64,000 nucleotides of DNA from a virus. Both the position numbers and the translations under genes were made by a program. This document shows positions 1-9,088 of the stretch, piece after piece. Location of the stretch: positions 1-64,000 of the IMG/VR virus record IMGVR_UViG_3300048850_000068. The stretch is one strand, 5' to 3'. The notes beneath the pieces are model-generated. The model did not search any database, had not been told where the DNA came from, and saw nothing but the letters and a program-made list of their open reading frames with translations. The first letter of the stretch is position 1, and every line of letters begins with the position of its first letter.

Positions 1-1259
1 TGTTGCGGGACCCGGCGAGGTCGTGGAAGCGCTGCAAGAACATCCCCTTCGCCTGCTCCCAGCTCCAGCCGTGAATGATGCCCGGATAGATCAGGCTGCG
101 GTCGTGCATGCCGGCGCTCGCGGCGCCGTGCGACCCGGCCCACGTCGCGCGCCTCGAAGCCCGTGTTGTAGATATAGCGGTTGGCGATTGCCTTCACGAT
201 CTCGTCGGCGCCGACAAACGGACCCTGAATGCGCGCCGGGCGCAGACCAGGCTTGTTCCAGACGTCGAGCAGGTTCTCGGGCTTAAACTGCTTCACGAGG
301 GCGTCGAGCTGCCGGCGCTTCTCGGCCTCGACCTTCGGCTTGACCTCGTTGATCGCCTTCTTGAGCAGCTTCGTGATCGTCTTGAGGGTCTTGGGCGTGT
401 AGGACAGGCCCTCGCGCGACGGCTGCGGCGTGATCGACGACGGCGGGGCCTGCAGCACCCACTCGTGATCCTGGACGCGCAGCTCCTCGAGCTCCTTGAG
501 CAGCTTGGCGAGATCCGCGTGCCACTCGATCGGGTATTGCACGTTGGCGAACAGCACCTTCGGGGTCTCGCCGCGGGCGTAGGCGTCCGACTTGGGGAAC
601 AGGGCGTAGCCATGCTCTTTCAGGCCTGCCAGGTCCCGGGTCGCCAGAAGCTCGCCGTTGAGCGTGGCGTGGATACCGCCCTCGTAGACGACCGAGCGAA
701 TCTCCGCCTCGATCTTAACGCGCATCTGCTTGGTGATCGGGATCTGGACAGTGAGCCCGCTCTCAGCGCACGGGAAGGGCCCGGCCATCGGACGCACACC
801 CGGAATGCCCTCGCTCTCCTCATCGCCCTTGTGGACGACATAGATGCGGCGCTCGCCGTTGTGCGAAGAGATGACCGTGAAATGCTCTGCGATGGCGAAC
901 GGCGACTTGGAGCCCAGGCCGAATCCGCCGGTCTGTGCGTCGTCGAGTTCTTTGGTCGAGCCGAACAGCGTCAGGTAGATGCGAACGATCTGATCGTCGG
1001 CGATGCCCGGGCCGCGGTCCTTGACGGTGAACTCGGTATCGGTGAGCGTAATCTCGATGGCACCGGTCCAGCCGGTCATCAGGTGAGCGTCGGCCGCGTT
1101 GCAGAGCACCTCGCGGGCAACGGCGCGTTCTTTGTTCTGGTAGAGAGTGTCGCCCATGATGGTGAAGGCATGAGCGGAGCGGGCGATTTCAGCGGCTCTG
1201 AAGTTTCCGCCGCCCGCAATAGCATAGCTATTTGGTTCTACGATCTCTAGGACCTGCAT
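1..1259 (-). CDS. rIIA-like protein with N-terminal GHKL/HSP90-type ATPase domain (runs off the left edge)
   Basis: Not in the ORF track because it is open at the edge. Manual translation from ATG 1259 gives MQVLEIVE...DTLYQNKERAVAREVLCNAADAH...LFGSTKELDDAQTGGFGLGSKSPFAIAEHFTVIS, the rIIA/GHKL signature. Confidence 0.75.
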   Translation of the reverse strand, partial: MQVLEIVEPNSYAIAGGGNFRAAEIARSAHAFTIMGDTLYQNKERAVAREVLCNAADAHLMTGWTGAIEITLTDTEFTVKDRGPGIADDQIVRIYLTLFGSTKELDDAQTGGFGLGSKSPFAIAEHFTVISSHNGERRIYVVHKGDEESEGIPGVRPMAGPFPCAESGLTVQIPITKQMRVKIEAEIRSVVYEGGIHATLNGELLATRDLAGLKEHGYALFPKSDAYARGETPKVLFANVQYPIEWHADLAKLLKELEELRVQDHEWVLQAPPSSITPQPSREGLSYTPKTLKTITKLLKKAINEVKPKVEAEKRRQLDALVKQFKPENLLDVWNKPGLRPARIQGPFVGADEIVKAIANRYIYNTGFEARDVGRVARRRERRHARPQPDLSGHHSRLELGAGEGDVLAALPRPRRVPQ

Positions 1260-1336
1260 TTAACTTGCTCTCTTCTGTGCGTTGTTATCGCTAGACTGTT
1301 TATCTCACAGTCTAGCGAGGATTGCGGTCGGCTTGT

Positions 1337-1882
1337 TCAGGCAGCTTGCGCGGGGCGGTAGCTGCAGGTCAGGTTGAGGGCGAGCGCCTCGCACTGCTTG
1401 TCGAGCTCCTTGAGCCCGTGACCGTTGTTGATCCGGAGATCGTAGGTGTAGTTGTGCACGTTGGCGTCGGCCGAGTTCGAGGTGATCGGCTCGCCGCGGT
1501 TCCACACGAACAGCGTCGCCACCTTCACATCCCGGACCCGCATAAGCAGGGCCTTGGTGAGCTTGGTGATCATGGCCGGCTCGCGCATGTGGATGAACAC
1601 GAAGTCGGCGTTCGATTCCTCGACGTAGCGCACCGCCTGGTGCGTCTTGAAGCTGTTGTATTCCTCGACCGCGTCACCCACGGCTGAGAGCAGCTTGCGG
1701 TCAGCTTCCGTCTTGCGGTCGATCAGGAAGCCCATGCGCTTGAGCAGGGTGCGGACCGGATCGATGGAGGAGAAGGCCGCGGCCGTCCATTCCAGGCGCT
1801 CAAGGTGCTTCGTGGTGAGCTCCACGACGGTATCCTTGCCCGAGCGGGGAAGGCCGTTGATGATGATGACCGTCTTCGACAT
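1337..1882 (-). CDS. P-loop nucleotide (dNMP/adenylate) kinase-like protein
   Basis: Likely start MSKTVIIINGLPRSGKDT (Walker A), HMREP motif, C-terminal YDLRINN; TAATG overlap with the upstream gene. Confidence 0.6.
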   Translation of the reverse strand: MSKTVIIINGLPRSGKDTVVELTTKHLERLEWTAAAFSSIDPVRTLLKRMGFLIDRKTEADRKLLSAVGDAVEEYNSFKTHQAVRYVEESNADFVFIHMREPAMITKLTKALLMRVRDVKVATLFVWNRGEPITSNSADANVHNYTYDLRINNGHGLKELDKQCEALALNLTCSYRPAQAA

Positions 1883-2406
1883 TAGTCCTGATCCGCGGTT
1901 GGAAGACGGCCTCGGCACTCGTCTTCTTGGTTGAGGAAATCCTCCCAGTCGCAATCCTCTTCCGGCTCATTGTTCGAGGAGCTGAAGAGCCAGGCCCACA
2001 TCCAGAACGAACCGGAGCTCGAGGAATGGCTCTTGGACTTCTTCCAGGGGAGGGGCTTGGTCACGGGCTTCGGCTTGGAGAACCAGCCCGTTGAGACCGT
2101 CGGGATCTTGTTGACCTTCGGGGCATTCAGCACCGGGGTCGGCTTGGCGTTTGCCTTGACGCCCTGAGACGTGAAGGCGGGCTTTGCAGGCGCCGGCGGA
2201 TTGATCGTCGGCTGCGAGGGCTTCGGCGTGGTCGAGAACAGGCTCTTGCCGACGCTTGGCACGGACGTCCGGGAGGACGATGAAGAGCGCGAGACGGACG
2301 ACGACGAACGCCCGCTGCTCGAGCTCTTGGCGAGGGCAGGGGTCACGACCATCGCCGCGACCCCGAGCACCAGCGCCAAACGAATGAGTGGCGCCTTTCG
2401 CATCAT
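1882..2406 (-). CDS. Putative exported/membrane Ser-Pro-Lys-rich protein
   Basis: N-terminal signal-like segment (LALVLGVAAMVVTPALA), low-complexity middle, FWMWAWLF hydrophobic patch, acidic Cys-containing tail. Confidence 0.5.
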   Translation of the reverse strand: MMRKAPLIRLALVLGVAAMVVTPALAKSSSSGRSSSSVSRSSSSSRTSVPSVGKSLFSTTPKPSQPTINPPAPAKPAFTSQGVKANAKPTPVLNAPKVNKIPTVSTGWFSKPKPVTKPLPWKKSKSHSSSSGSFWMWAWLFSSSNNEPEEDCDWEDFLNQEDECRGRLPTADQD

Positions 2407-2618
2407 GCCTCGTCCTCCGGCAGCTTCACGCGCTCAGGGCGGTTGACAGCCCGTTCGACGTCCATGAAGCCCTGCTCGATGTTGGTGCGGGCAAGGGCGA
2501 GCCAGCGCTGATCGACGGTGGCATCGGTGCGGAGCTTGTCGAGGAGGCGGAGAACCCGCTCCTCGAGCTCCTTGCTCGCATTGATGGTTGCGATGTTCTG
2601 GAGCTTGGACAGGCTCAT
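2403..2618 (-). CDS. Acb2-like anti-CBASS cyclic-nucleotide sponge
   Basis: INASKELEE...DQRWLALARTNIEQGFMDVERAVNRP matches the Acb2 pattern N.vKel...RWLAIgkT.iq.G.M...RAia.P; 71 aa. Confidence 0.65.
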   Translation of the reverse strand: MSLSKLQNIATINASKELEERVLRLLDKLRTDATVDQRWLALARTNIEQGFMDVERAVNRPERVKLPEDEA

Positions 2619-3190
2619 GCGGCAACTCCCGTTGAGCCGAAGCCGCCTTCACCGCGAGCGGTGTCGTCGAGCTCCGCGACTTCTTCGGGATCGGGCCGCA
2701 GGACCGGCTTGATCACCAACTGAGCGATGCGGTCACCCGGGTTGATGGTGAGCCACTTCTTGTCGGTGTTGAGCAGGATCACGCCGATATCGCCGCGATA
2801 GTCGCTGTCGATCACGCCGCCGAGAACCGCGATGCCATTCTTATTGGCGAGCCCGGAGCGGCCCTCGATCTGGCCGTAATAGCCCTTCGGGATCGCCATG
2901 CCGATGCCGGTCTTCACGAGAAGACGCTGACCGCTGTAGAGCGCGATCGGCTCCGGAATGTCAGCGTGCAGATCCATTCCGGCCGCGTCACCGCTGCCGT
3001 AGGCGGGAACGATGGCTGTTTCCGACAGGCGCTTCACCTTGACCGTCTTGGGACGGTTCCAGTCGAGCACGATGGTCGGGTGAAGGTTCGGCGACAGGTT
3101 CACGACGATGGGAGGCAAACGCCACGGGCGCGCCAGGAACAGGAAGGGCGTGGCGAGCGGACGGAGAAGGTCAAGAACATACGACGACAT
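2615..3190 (-). CDS. dut: Trimeric dUTPase
   Basis: Motifs AGMDL, GRSGLA, GVIDSDYRG, GDRIAQL, RGEGGFGSTG; probable start MSSYVL at 3190. Confidence 0.93.
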   Translation of the reverse strand: MSSYVLDLLRPLATPFLFLARPWRLPPIVVNLSPNLHPTIVLDWNRPKTVKVKRLSETAIVPAYGSGDAAGMDLHADIPEPIALYSGQRLLVKTGIGMAIPKGYYGQIEGRSGLANKNGIAVLGGVIDSDYRGDIGVILLNTDKKWLTINPGDRIAQLVIKPVLRPDPEEVAELDDTARGEGGFGSTGVAA

Positions 3191-3191
3191 G

Positions 3192-3482
3192 TTAGGCTGC
3201 CTCTGCTGCATCGACGGGGAAGATGACGGGATCGGTGGTCTCGACCTCCTCGAGGTCGATTTCCTCCTCGGACACGTCGTCGGCGAGCGCATCCGAGAGA
3301 AATACGCGGGCCGCTTCACGCGCTGCGGCCTGGTCCTCGAACGGGCCCTCGAGGCGGATCGCATCGGGCTCCTCTTCCGAGGGGATGTTGTAGTAGGCGC
3401 CGGGCGTGACGCCGGCCTTGGCAGCATCCTGGACGTCGAACAGTTCGACGCTGACGCCATAGATATTCTCAACTGTCTTCAT
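3192..3482 (-). CDS. Hypothetical acidic protein
   Basis: 96-aa ORF in operon context. Confidence 0.55.
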   Translation of the reverse strand: MKTVENIYGVSVELFDVQDAAKAGVTPGAYYNIPSEEEPDAIRLEGPFEDQAAAREAARVFLSDALADDVSEEEIDLEEVETTDPVIFPVDAAEAA

Positions 3483-3494
3483 GGGATCCTCGTA

Positions 3495-3512
3495 TAAGTC
3501 AGTAGTGACTGA
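3495..3512. promoter_or_regulatory. 18-bp palindromic operator-like site
   Basis: TAAGTCAGTAGTGACTGA. Confidence 0.65.
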
Positions 3513-3521
3513 CGATGATGG

Positions 3522-4466
3522 TTAAAGGTAATGGGCGTCGAAAACCGCTTCGTGCGGGATCGTCTTGCGGTTCTGGATCCAGCCCCAGAAGTTGCCGTGC
3601 AGGTGACGGTTTGCCCAACGGGTCGGGCGCCACTCGCCGTAGGGTCCTTCATGACCGAGGATCCGGACGTCCGGGGTCGCCTGGTGCTCGGCCGGCGAGG
3701 CATGCACAGGGCGGGAGACGATCAGGCGCTCGTAGCGCTCAAGCTCCGCCGGAATGTCGCCGTTACCGTCGAAGGGCTTGTAGGAGAGACGGGCGCAGCG
3801 GGCGGTGGAAACCTTCTTGGCGATGTCGCGGGCCATTTCGAGCGCCACGAACTCGTTCTCGGCCGCGTCCTGCGAATGGGCTTCAGCGTAGGCGATGAAC
3901 CCCTTCCGGTCCTCATTGGTGATGTAGGGCAGGTGCCACTCGCCGGGCTGCAGGAGCGTGGGCGTGGAAGCAGCAAGCGCCTCCTTCATCATCTGCGCCA
4001 GGTCGCGGATCTCGGGCGCTGCGGCCGGATCGTCGCGCAGAACCATGAAGTTCTCGATATCCGTCGTGGTGAGCAGGACGTCGATATAGCCGAACCACTC
4101 GAGCGGACGGTTGGTCCACTGCTTATGCACGCCGGTTCCGCCGATCTTGGCGAGCTCCGCTACGCCGTAGCGGCAGGCCTCGATCATGTAGTTCCAGATC
4201 CCCTCGGCGCGGGCTTGTTCGTCAGCGGTGAGCGGCTCGCCGGCGACCATGCCAGGCTGGTTCTTGGCGAACTGCGGCACGTAGGGCGCTTCGGTGAGGA
4301 GCGTCTTGACCGGGACGGCTCGCGAAGAGCGCCCATTCCGGGTGAAGACCCGGTGCGTCATGAACTCGGCGTGGATCGGGCGCCAGTAGCGCAGATGAAG
4401 GCTCGGGAGACGAATGTCGTCGGGCGAAATGCTGTCGAGGACGATCTTGGCAAATGCGTCTGTCAT
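3522..4466 (-). CDS. thyX: FAD-dependent thymidylate synthase (phage ThyX-like)
   Basis: IHAEFMTHRVFTRNGRSSRA (variant of RHRx7SxR), HKQxxNRxLE, STARCARLSY, HASPAEH. Confidence 0.8.
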   Translation of the reverse strand: MTDAFAKIVLDSISPDDIRLPSLHLRYWRPIHAEFMTHRVFTRNGRSSRAVPVKTLLTEAPYVPQFAKNQPGMVAGEPLTADEQARAEGIWNYMIEACRYGVAELAKIGGTGVHKQWTNRPLEWFGYIDVLLTTTDIENFMVLRDDPAAAPEIRDLAQMMKEALAASTPTLLQPGEWHLPYITNEDRKGFIAYAEAHSQDAAENEFVALEMARDIAKKVSTARCARLSYKPFDGNGDIPAELERYERLIVSRPVHASPAEHQATPDVRILGHEGPYGEWRPTRWANRHLHGNFWGWIQNRKTIPHEAVFDAHYL

Positions 4467-4507
4467 AATGTTTCCTGTGCGAAGCGAGAGAGGGTCACTC
4501 TCTCGCT

Positions 4508-4525
4508 TAAGTCAGTTCTGACTGA
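4508..4525. promoter_or_regulatory. 18-bp palindromic operator-like site
   Basis: TAAGTCAGTTCTGACTGA. Confidence 0.7.
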
Positions 4526-4531
4526 TTTGTT

Positions 4532-4556
4532 TATAGCTGTCAACGCGCGGATTGCA
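4532..4556 (-). promoter_or_regulatory. Phage promoter-like motif
   Basis: TGCAATCCG-N10-GCTATA. Confidence 0.6.
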
Positions 4557-4567
4557 CGAGAAAACTA

Positions 4568-4834
4568 TCAGGCTGCGAACACGTCCTCATCGAAGAAGAA
4601 CAGCGCCTCGAGGTCGGAATACCCGCCCACGAGCTTTTCCTCTCCATCTTCAAGGGCATAGACCCGCGGGAAGGTGCGGTTCGGCGCCTCGAAGCCGCGC
4701 TCGTCGAGGAACCGGGTGCGCTCGGTGCGCTCCGGGATCTCCACGAACTCGAATGGGATCGTCTTGTCGGCGAGGAGCCCCTTCGCCTTCAGGCAGAAGG
4801 GGCAGCCCTCGTATCCGTAGATGCGATACTGCAT
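4568..4834 (-). CDS. Glutaredoxin
   Basis: CPFC active site, TFPRV, VGGYSDL; start MQYRIYG; near RNR genes. Confidence 0.88.
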   Translation of the reverse strand: MQYRIYGYEGCPFCLKAKGLLADKTIPFEFVEIPERTERTRFLDERGFEAPNRTFPRVYALEDGEEKLVGGYSDLEALFFFDEDVFAA

Positions 4835-4835
4835 A

Positions 4836-5024
4836 TCAGGTCTCACGCTTCTGCCAGAACCAGCGCCGGCGAGCGAGCAAAAGAACAACCTCGTGACCCT
4901 GCGACCATGAAGTAGTCACTCGCCAGCCGTGGCTTAGATAGCCCGCAATCTGCTTGCGATAGTCGAAATTGCTTGAGACCGCCGTGGCCTTCAGAAACTC
5001 GACCTCATAGGTGTAAAGCTTCAT
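4836..5024 (-). CDS. Small hypothetical protein
   Basis: AAGGAG SD before MKLYTYEVE. Confidence 0.5.
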   Translation of the reverse strand: MKLYTYEVEFLKATAVSSNFDYRKQIAGYLSHGWRVTTSWSQGHEVVLLLARRRWFWQKRET

Positions 5025-5034
5025 TTCCAGCTCC

Positions 5035-6777
5035 TTATGCCTCGCACGCCGCACAGGCTTCGGCGTCTTCGACCGCCTGTTCCTGAGCACCCAGCATCAG
5101 CGCACGCGCCTTCTCCTGAGCCTTGTTGAGACCGCGCTGATAGTAGAGCGACTTCACGCCCTGCTCCCATGCGAAGACGTGGAGCTTGTGCACCATCTTC
5201 GGGTCCTGATCGGGCCCAAGCTTGATGTTGAGGCTCTGCATCTGGTCGAGGTGCTTCTGACGATCCGCGGCCTGCTGGATGATCTCGAACTGGTCGATCT
5301 CCAGGAAGGTCTTGAACACCGCCTTCTCACGCTCGGTGAGGAAGTCGAGGTGCTGCACGGAGCCGGCACGCCACAGGATCGAATCCCAGACCTCCCGGGT
5401 ATCCTTGCCCTTTTCGGCGAGGAGCTCCTTCAGGTAGGGGTTCTGGTAGCTGAACTTGCCCTTCTGCACATCGTTGGTGAAGTAGTTCGATTCCAGCGGC
5501 TCGATGCTCTGCGACACCTGGCCCAGAATGAACGCCGAGGACGTGGTAGGCGCGATCGCCATACGGGTGACGTTGCGCTCGCCATAACCCTTGAGCAGGG
5601 GCGGCTCGCCGAACCACTTCGCCATCTGGCGGGATGCGTGGAGCGACCGCTCGTCCATCGTCCGGTGGATCTCGACGTTGAGGGCGCGGGCTTCCGGGCT
5701 CTCGAACGGGATCATCTGCGACTGAAGGAACGAGTGATAGCCGAGCGTGCCAAGACCGATGGCGCGCTGATCGCGGGCAAAGCGCAGGGCCGAGCCCATG
5801 AGGAACTGCTCTTCCTCGTCCATCTGCTCGATCTTGAGGATGTATTCCTCAATCACAGCGTCCAGGAACATGGTCATGATCTCGACCACGTTCGTATGCT
5901 TCCACTCGTTGAAGTGGACCGCATTGAGCGAGGACAGGCAGCACACGAACGACCAATACTCGTTGGAGCACAGGGCGATCTCGATGCACATGTTCGAGCC
6001 CTTGATCACGTGGCCCTTGTCACGGTAGACGCGCGGAGCCGCGTTGTTCACCGTGTCGTGGAACATGATGTAGGGATAGCCCTTCTCCTTGCGCTTGCGC
6101 AGGATCCGGAGCCACACCTTGCGCTTCTCCTTGTCGCCGGCGAGCATGGAACGCATCCACTCGTCCGTGATGGTCACGCCGATCGACATGTGCTGGATCG
6201 GGTGCCCTTCTTCGCGGCACTCGAGGAATTCCATGATGTCCGGGTGGTCGACCGGCAGATAACCGGCATTGTGGCCGCGGCGCACCGACGCCTGGCTGAT
6301 CACGCTGGTCGTGGTCTGGATCTTCTCCATGAAGTGAACCGGGCCGTTCGACTTGCCGCCGCCCGAGATCGGGAAGCCGCGGCCGCGGAGCTCGCCGAGA
6401 TAGGACGAGGTGCCGGCGCCGAACTTGGTCATCATGCCGATCTCAGCCGTCTTGAGCAGGATCGAGGCCGTAGTGTCCTTGAAGTGGCTGTTGTTGCAGC
6501 TAATCGGCAGGCCGCGCTCGATGCCGAAGTTCGACCACACCGGCGAGGCGAGCGAAATCCAGCCATTGAGCATGTAGCGCTCAAAGGTGTCGGCGAAGGT
6601 CGCGATCGTCTCCGGCAGCGGACCCTTGCTGTTGTTCTCCCAGAACATGTTGGTGAGGTGCGTCTGGGCTGCTTCCGCGATTTCGCGAATTCGCCCTTCC
6701 GGGGTCTGCCCGGGCATGAGGTATCCGCGCGACAAAACCGTGCGCGAATCCTCGTTAAGCCAATATCCAGGTTCCAT
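5035..6777 (-). CDS. nrdA: Class I ribonucleotide reductase alpha subunit (compact, no ATP-cone)
   Basis: SPVWSN, ISC, SNMCIEI, VCCLSSLN, IAPTTSS, KSLYY, C-terminal CAACEA. Confidence 0.93.
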   Translation of the reverse strand: MEPGYWLNEDSRTVLSRGYLMPGQTPEGRIREIAEAAQTHLTNMFWENNSKGPLPETIATFADTFERYMLNGWISLASPVWSNFGIERGLPISCNNSHFKDTTASILLKTAEIGMMTKFGAGTSSYLGELRGRGFPISGGGKSNGPVHFMEKIQTTTSVISQASVRRGHNAGYLPVDHPDIMEFLECREEGHPIQHMSIGVTITDEWMRSMLAGDKEKRKVWLRILRKRKEKGYPYIMFHDTVNNAAPRVYRDKGHVIKGSNMCIEIALCSNEYWSFVCCLSSLNAVHFNEWKHTNVVEIMTMFLDAVIEEYILKIEQMDEEEQFLMGSALRFARDQRAIGLGTLGYHSFLQSQMIPFESPEARALNVEIHRTMDERSLHASRQMAKWFGEPPLLKGYGERNVTRMAIAPTTSSAFILGQVSQSIEPLESNYFTNDVQKGKFSYQNPYLKELLAEKGKDTREVWDSILWRAGSVQHLDFLTEREKAVFKTFLEIDQFEIIQQAADRQKHLDQMQSLNIKLGPDQDPKMVHKLHVFAWEQGVKSLYYQRGLNKAQEKARALMLGAQEQAVEDAEACAACEA

Positions 6778-6781
6778 TCTT

Positions 6782-7087
6782 CTATCCTTCAGTTTGCATG
6801 AACTTCGCGAGCTGACGGCGCTTGTTGGTGCGCCCCACCTCAATTGCTTCAGCAGGGATCAGACCCGCCTTAATGCAGCGGTCGACCATTTCGGTCACAT
6901 CCCCGACCTCGAGACCGAGACGCTCGCTGTTGTCGAGGAGCTGCCCGGGCTGAACCTCATTGACGCCAAAGCGCAGCATCTTGGTTGCGCGCTGCTGCAC
7001 CTCGGCGCACTCCTCGATCAGGATCTCGAGGAGCTCGCGCTGGTGCGGGGTCGGCTTAGGGCAGGGCGAGACGAACTTTTCCGTCAT
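6782..7087 (-). CDS. MazG-like nucleotide pyrophosphohydrolase
   Basis: LIEECAEVQQ...LEVGDV (EExxE...ExxD) pattern. Confidence 0.65.
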   Translation of the reverse strand: MTEKFVSPCPKPTPHQRELLEILIEECAEVQQRATKMLRFGVNEVQPGQLLDNSERLGLEVGDVTEMVDRCIKAGLIPAEAIEVGRTNKRRQLAKFMQTEG

Positions 7088-8079
7088 CCGAAAATATCCT
7101 CTTCGCTGTAGGCGACGTCGTGAGCGGTGTATTCGGTCGGATCCTTGTGGAAGAAGTCCGTCTTGGTGCCGCCGATGGTCTCCTCGACCATCCAGTAGAA
7201 ATCGTCCTCATGGGCCGGATTGACCGGCAGCGCGGGGTTGTAGCCGATGGCGCGCAGGCTCTCGTTGAGGCGATAGGCGACGAACGACTTGAGGATGCCG
7301 GCCGACAGCTTCGGGCCGGTGTAGTCACCCACCATCCAGTCGATCACATCGCATTCAGCCTCGAACGCAACCTTGGTCTCTTCCACGATGCGCGCGGCGA
7401 GATCGGCGTCGAACAGCTCCGGATATTCCTTCCGCAGCGTGTTGATGATCTTGATGCCGATCTGAGCGTGGAGAGATTCCTCGTTGCGGGTGTATTGCAC
7501 CTGCTGAGCGCATTCCTTGAGCAGCGTGCCCTCTTCCGAATGCCGGAAGCGGTTGAACCACATGATGACGTAGAACTGCGAGAACAGGCTCACGTTCTCC
7601 ACGAACAGCGTGAAGAGGATCAGGGCGTAAATGTATTGCTTACGGTGATCGTCGCCGTAGACCTTCTTGAGATACTTGCGCAGATACTTCACGCGGCCGG
7701 CGATTACCGGCAGCTTCAGGTTCTCCTCGAACACATGGTTCATGCCGAGCCGGTCGAGCAGCTTCTCATAGGCGTCGTTGTGGATAACCTCGTTCTGCGC
7801 CAGCACCAGGCCGAGATCCTGCAGCGAGGGATGCGGAAGGTTGTCGCCGAGCTTGGCCCAGAACGTCTTGACCGCAACCTCGATCTGCCCGATGGCCGAG
7901 AGGGTGTTCGTGACGACCTGGCGCTCCTGGTCGGTGAGCTCCGTCTTGAACTGATGGTAGTCGGACGCGAAGGTGAACTTCTCTGCGGTCCAGAAGCCGG
8001 CCCAGATATCCTTCTTGAAATCTTCGGTCCAGGGGTAGTGATTGGGCTTGCGCGCAATCTGTTCGTCGAAAAGTGGCAT
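7084..8079 (-). CDS. nrdB: Ribonucleotide reductase beta subunit
   Basis: EVIHNDAY, ENVSLFSQF, NEESLH, DFF..PTEY. Confidence 0.93.
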   Translation of the reverse strand: MPLFDEQIARKPNHYPWTEDFKKDIWAGFWTAEKFTFASDYHQFKTELTDQERQVVTNTLSAIGQIEVAVKTFWAKLGDNLPHPSLQDLGLVLAQNEVIHNDAYEKLLDRLGMNHVFEENLKLPVIAGRVKYLRKYLKKVYGDDHRKQYIYALILFTLFVENVSLFSQFYVIMWFNRFRHSEEGTLLKECAQQVQYTRNEESLHAQIGIKIINTLRKEYPELFDADLAARIVEETKVAFEAECDVIDWMVGDYTGPKLSAGILKSFVAYRLNESLRAIGYNPALPVNPAHEDDFYWMVEETIGGTKTDFFHKDPTEYTAHDVAYSEEDIFG

Positions 8080-8115
8080 TGCTAACCTGTTCGTTTAAGG
8101 GGCACGAATGATAGC

Positions 8116-8133
8116 TAAGTCAGTAATGACTTA
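8116..8133. promoter_or_regulatory. 18-bp palindromic operator-like site
   Basis: TAAGTCAGTAATGACTTA. Confidence 0.7.
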
Positions 8134-8134
8134 C

Positions 8135-8159
8135 TATAGCGAAATTGATACGGAGTTCA
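8135..8159 (-). promoter_or_regulatory. Phage promoter-like motif
   Basis: TGAACTCCG-N10-GCTATA. Confidence 0.5.
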
Positions 8160-8750
8160 TGCGGCAATAGCAGTTGCCTTCCAGACTGCCTTGAGCTGTT
8201 GGAACTCCTGCAGGCCGATGCCGGCCTTGGCGATGGCGATGCCGTCGGCCAGGTGCTCGTTCTCGTCCTTGGGCTCGCCCTTCTTCTTGGTCTTGAAGTT
8301 GCGCTCGTAACGCAGCCAGGGCGCGTCCGGGTAGAGCTCCATCGCCCACTCGATCATTTCATCCTTCGATGCGGTCTTGGTGCCGACGGCCGCAAGCTTC
8401 GCCTCGAAGTTCTGCACCTGCAGGATCGGGATCGGCGAGCAGGCGATAATGCCAATGGAGATGCCAAAGCCCATCGCTGCCCGGTGATCCTGGGCGCCGG
8501 ACGGGATCTCGGCAAAGCCGATGGCGCAGCCCTCGACCGCCTTGCGGAAGCCCTGGTTCTGCTCGATGGCCCGGCGCAGATCGTCCGAATTCTTGCGGAT
8601 GACCTTCTGCTTACCGCCGGTGCCGCTCTCGGTCTTCATCAGGATCAGGTCATCGACTTCCATATCCAGGCTGTCGAGATCGAGGCGTAAGCGCGCCACT
8701 CCGAAATTGCGGAAGCCGGGGTCAATCCCGGCGATCAAAATCTTACTCAT
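8157..8750 (-). CDS. RuvC-like Holliday junction resolvase
   Basis: IAGIDPG, FAEIP, ASKDEMI, EHLADGIAIA. Confidence 0.75.
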   Translation of the reverse strand: MSKILIAGIDPGFRNFGVARLRLDLDSLDMEVDDLILMKTESGTGGKQKVIRKNSDDLRRAIEQNQGFRKAVEGCAIGFAEIPSGAQDHRAAMGFGISIGIIACSPIPILQVQNFEAKLAAVGTKTASKDEMIEWAMELYPDAPWLRYERNFKTKKKGEPKDENEHLADGIAIAKAGIGLQEFQQLKAVWKATAIAA

Positions 8751-9088
8751 GCGTAGGCTCCATAGGTTTCGTTGTTGGCAATCTGGTTCAGTTCGGTCAG
8801 TTCCGCGACCTCGCGGCGCAGGGCTTCAATCTGCGTCCTGAGCTCCGCAATCTCACTGTTTGGCATACTCGCAGCCATATCCATGAGCGCCAGCTTGTTC
8901 TCGATGAACGCCAGGCGCCCCTGCAGACCGATCGCGCCACCGAGGCCCGTTGTGGTCACGGCCATTTTCAGCTCGTTACCCATGCGGTAGCCGGACGAGG
9001 TTTCGGGGTCGAAGGCGCTCTGACCGGCCCATAAAATGCCCTGCGCGAAACCTCTGAGCACTCGCTCTTCCTGTTCGGTCATCGCCAT
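8747..9088 (-). CDS. Hypothetical coiled-coil protein ending NNETYGAYA
   Basis: ORF translationally coupled by TGATG overlap. Confidence 0.55.
   Translation of the reverse strand: MAMTEQEERVLRGFAQGILWAGQSAFDPETSSGYRMGNELKMAVTTTGLGGAIGLQGRLAFIENKLALMDMAASMPNSEIAELRTQIEALRREVAELTELNQIANNETYGAYA

Noticed and set aside
108-1250. 380-aa plus-strand ORF
   Set aside because: The real gene is the rIIA-like ORF on the minus strand, which is open at the window edge.
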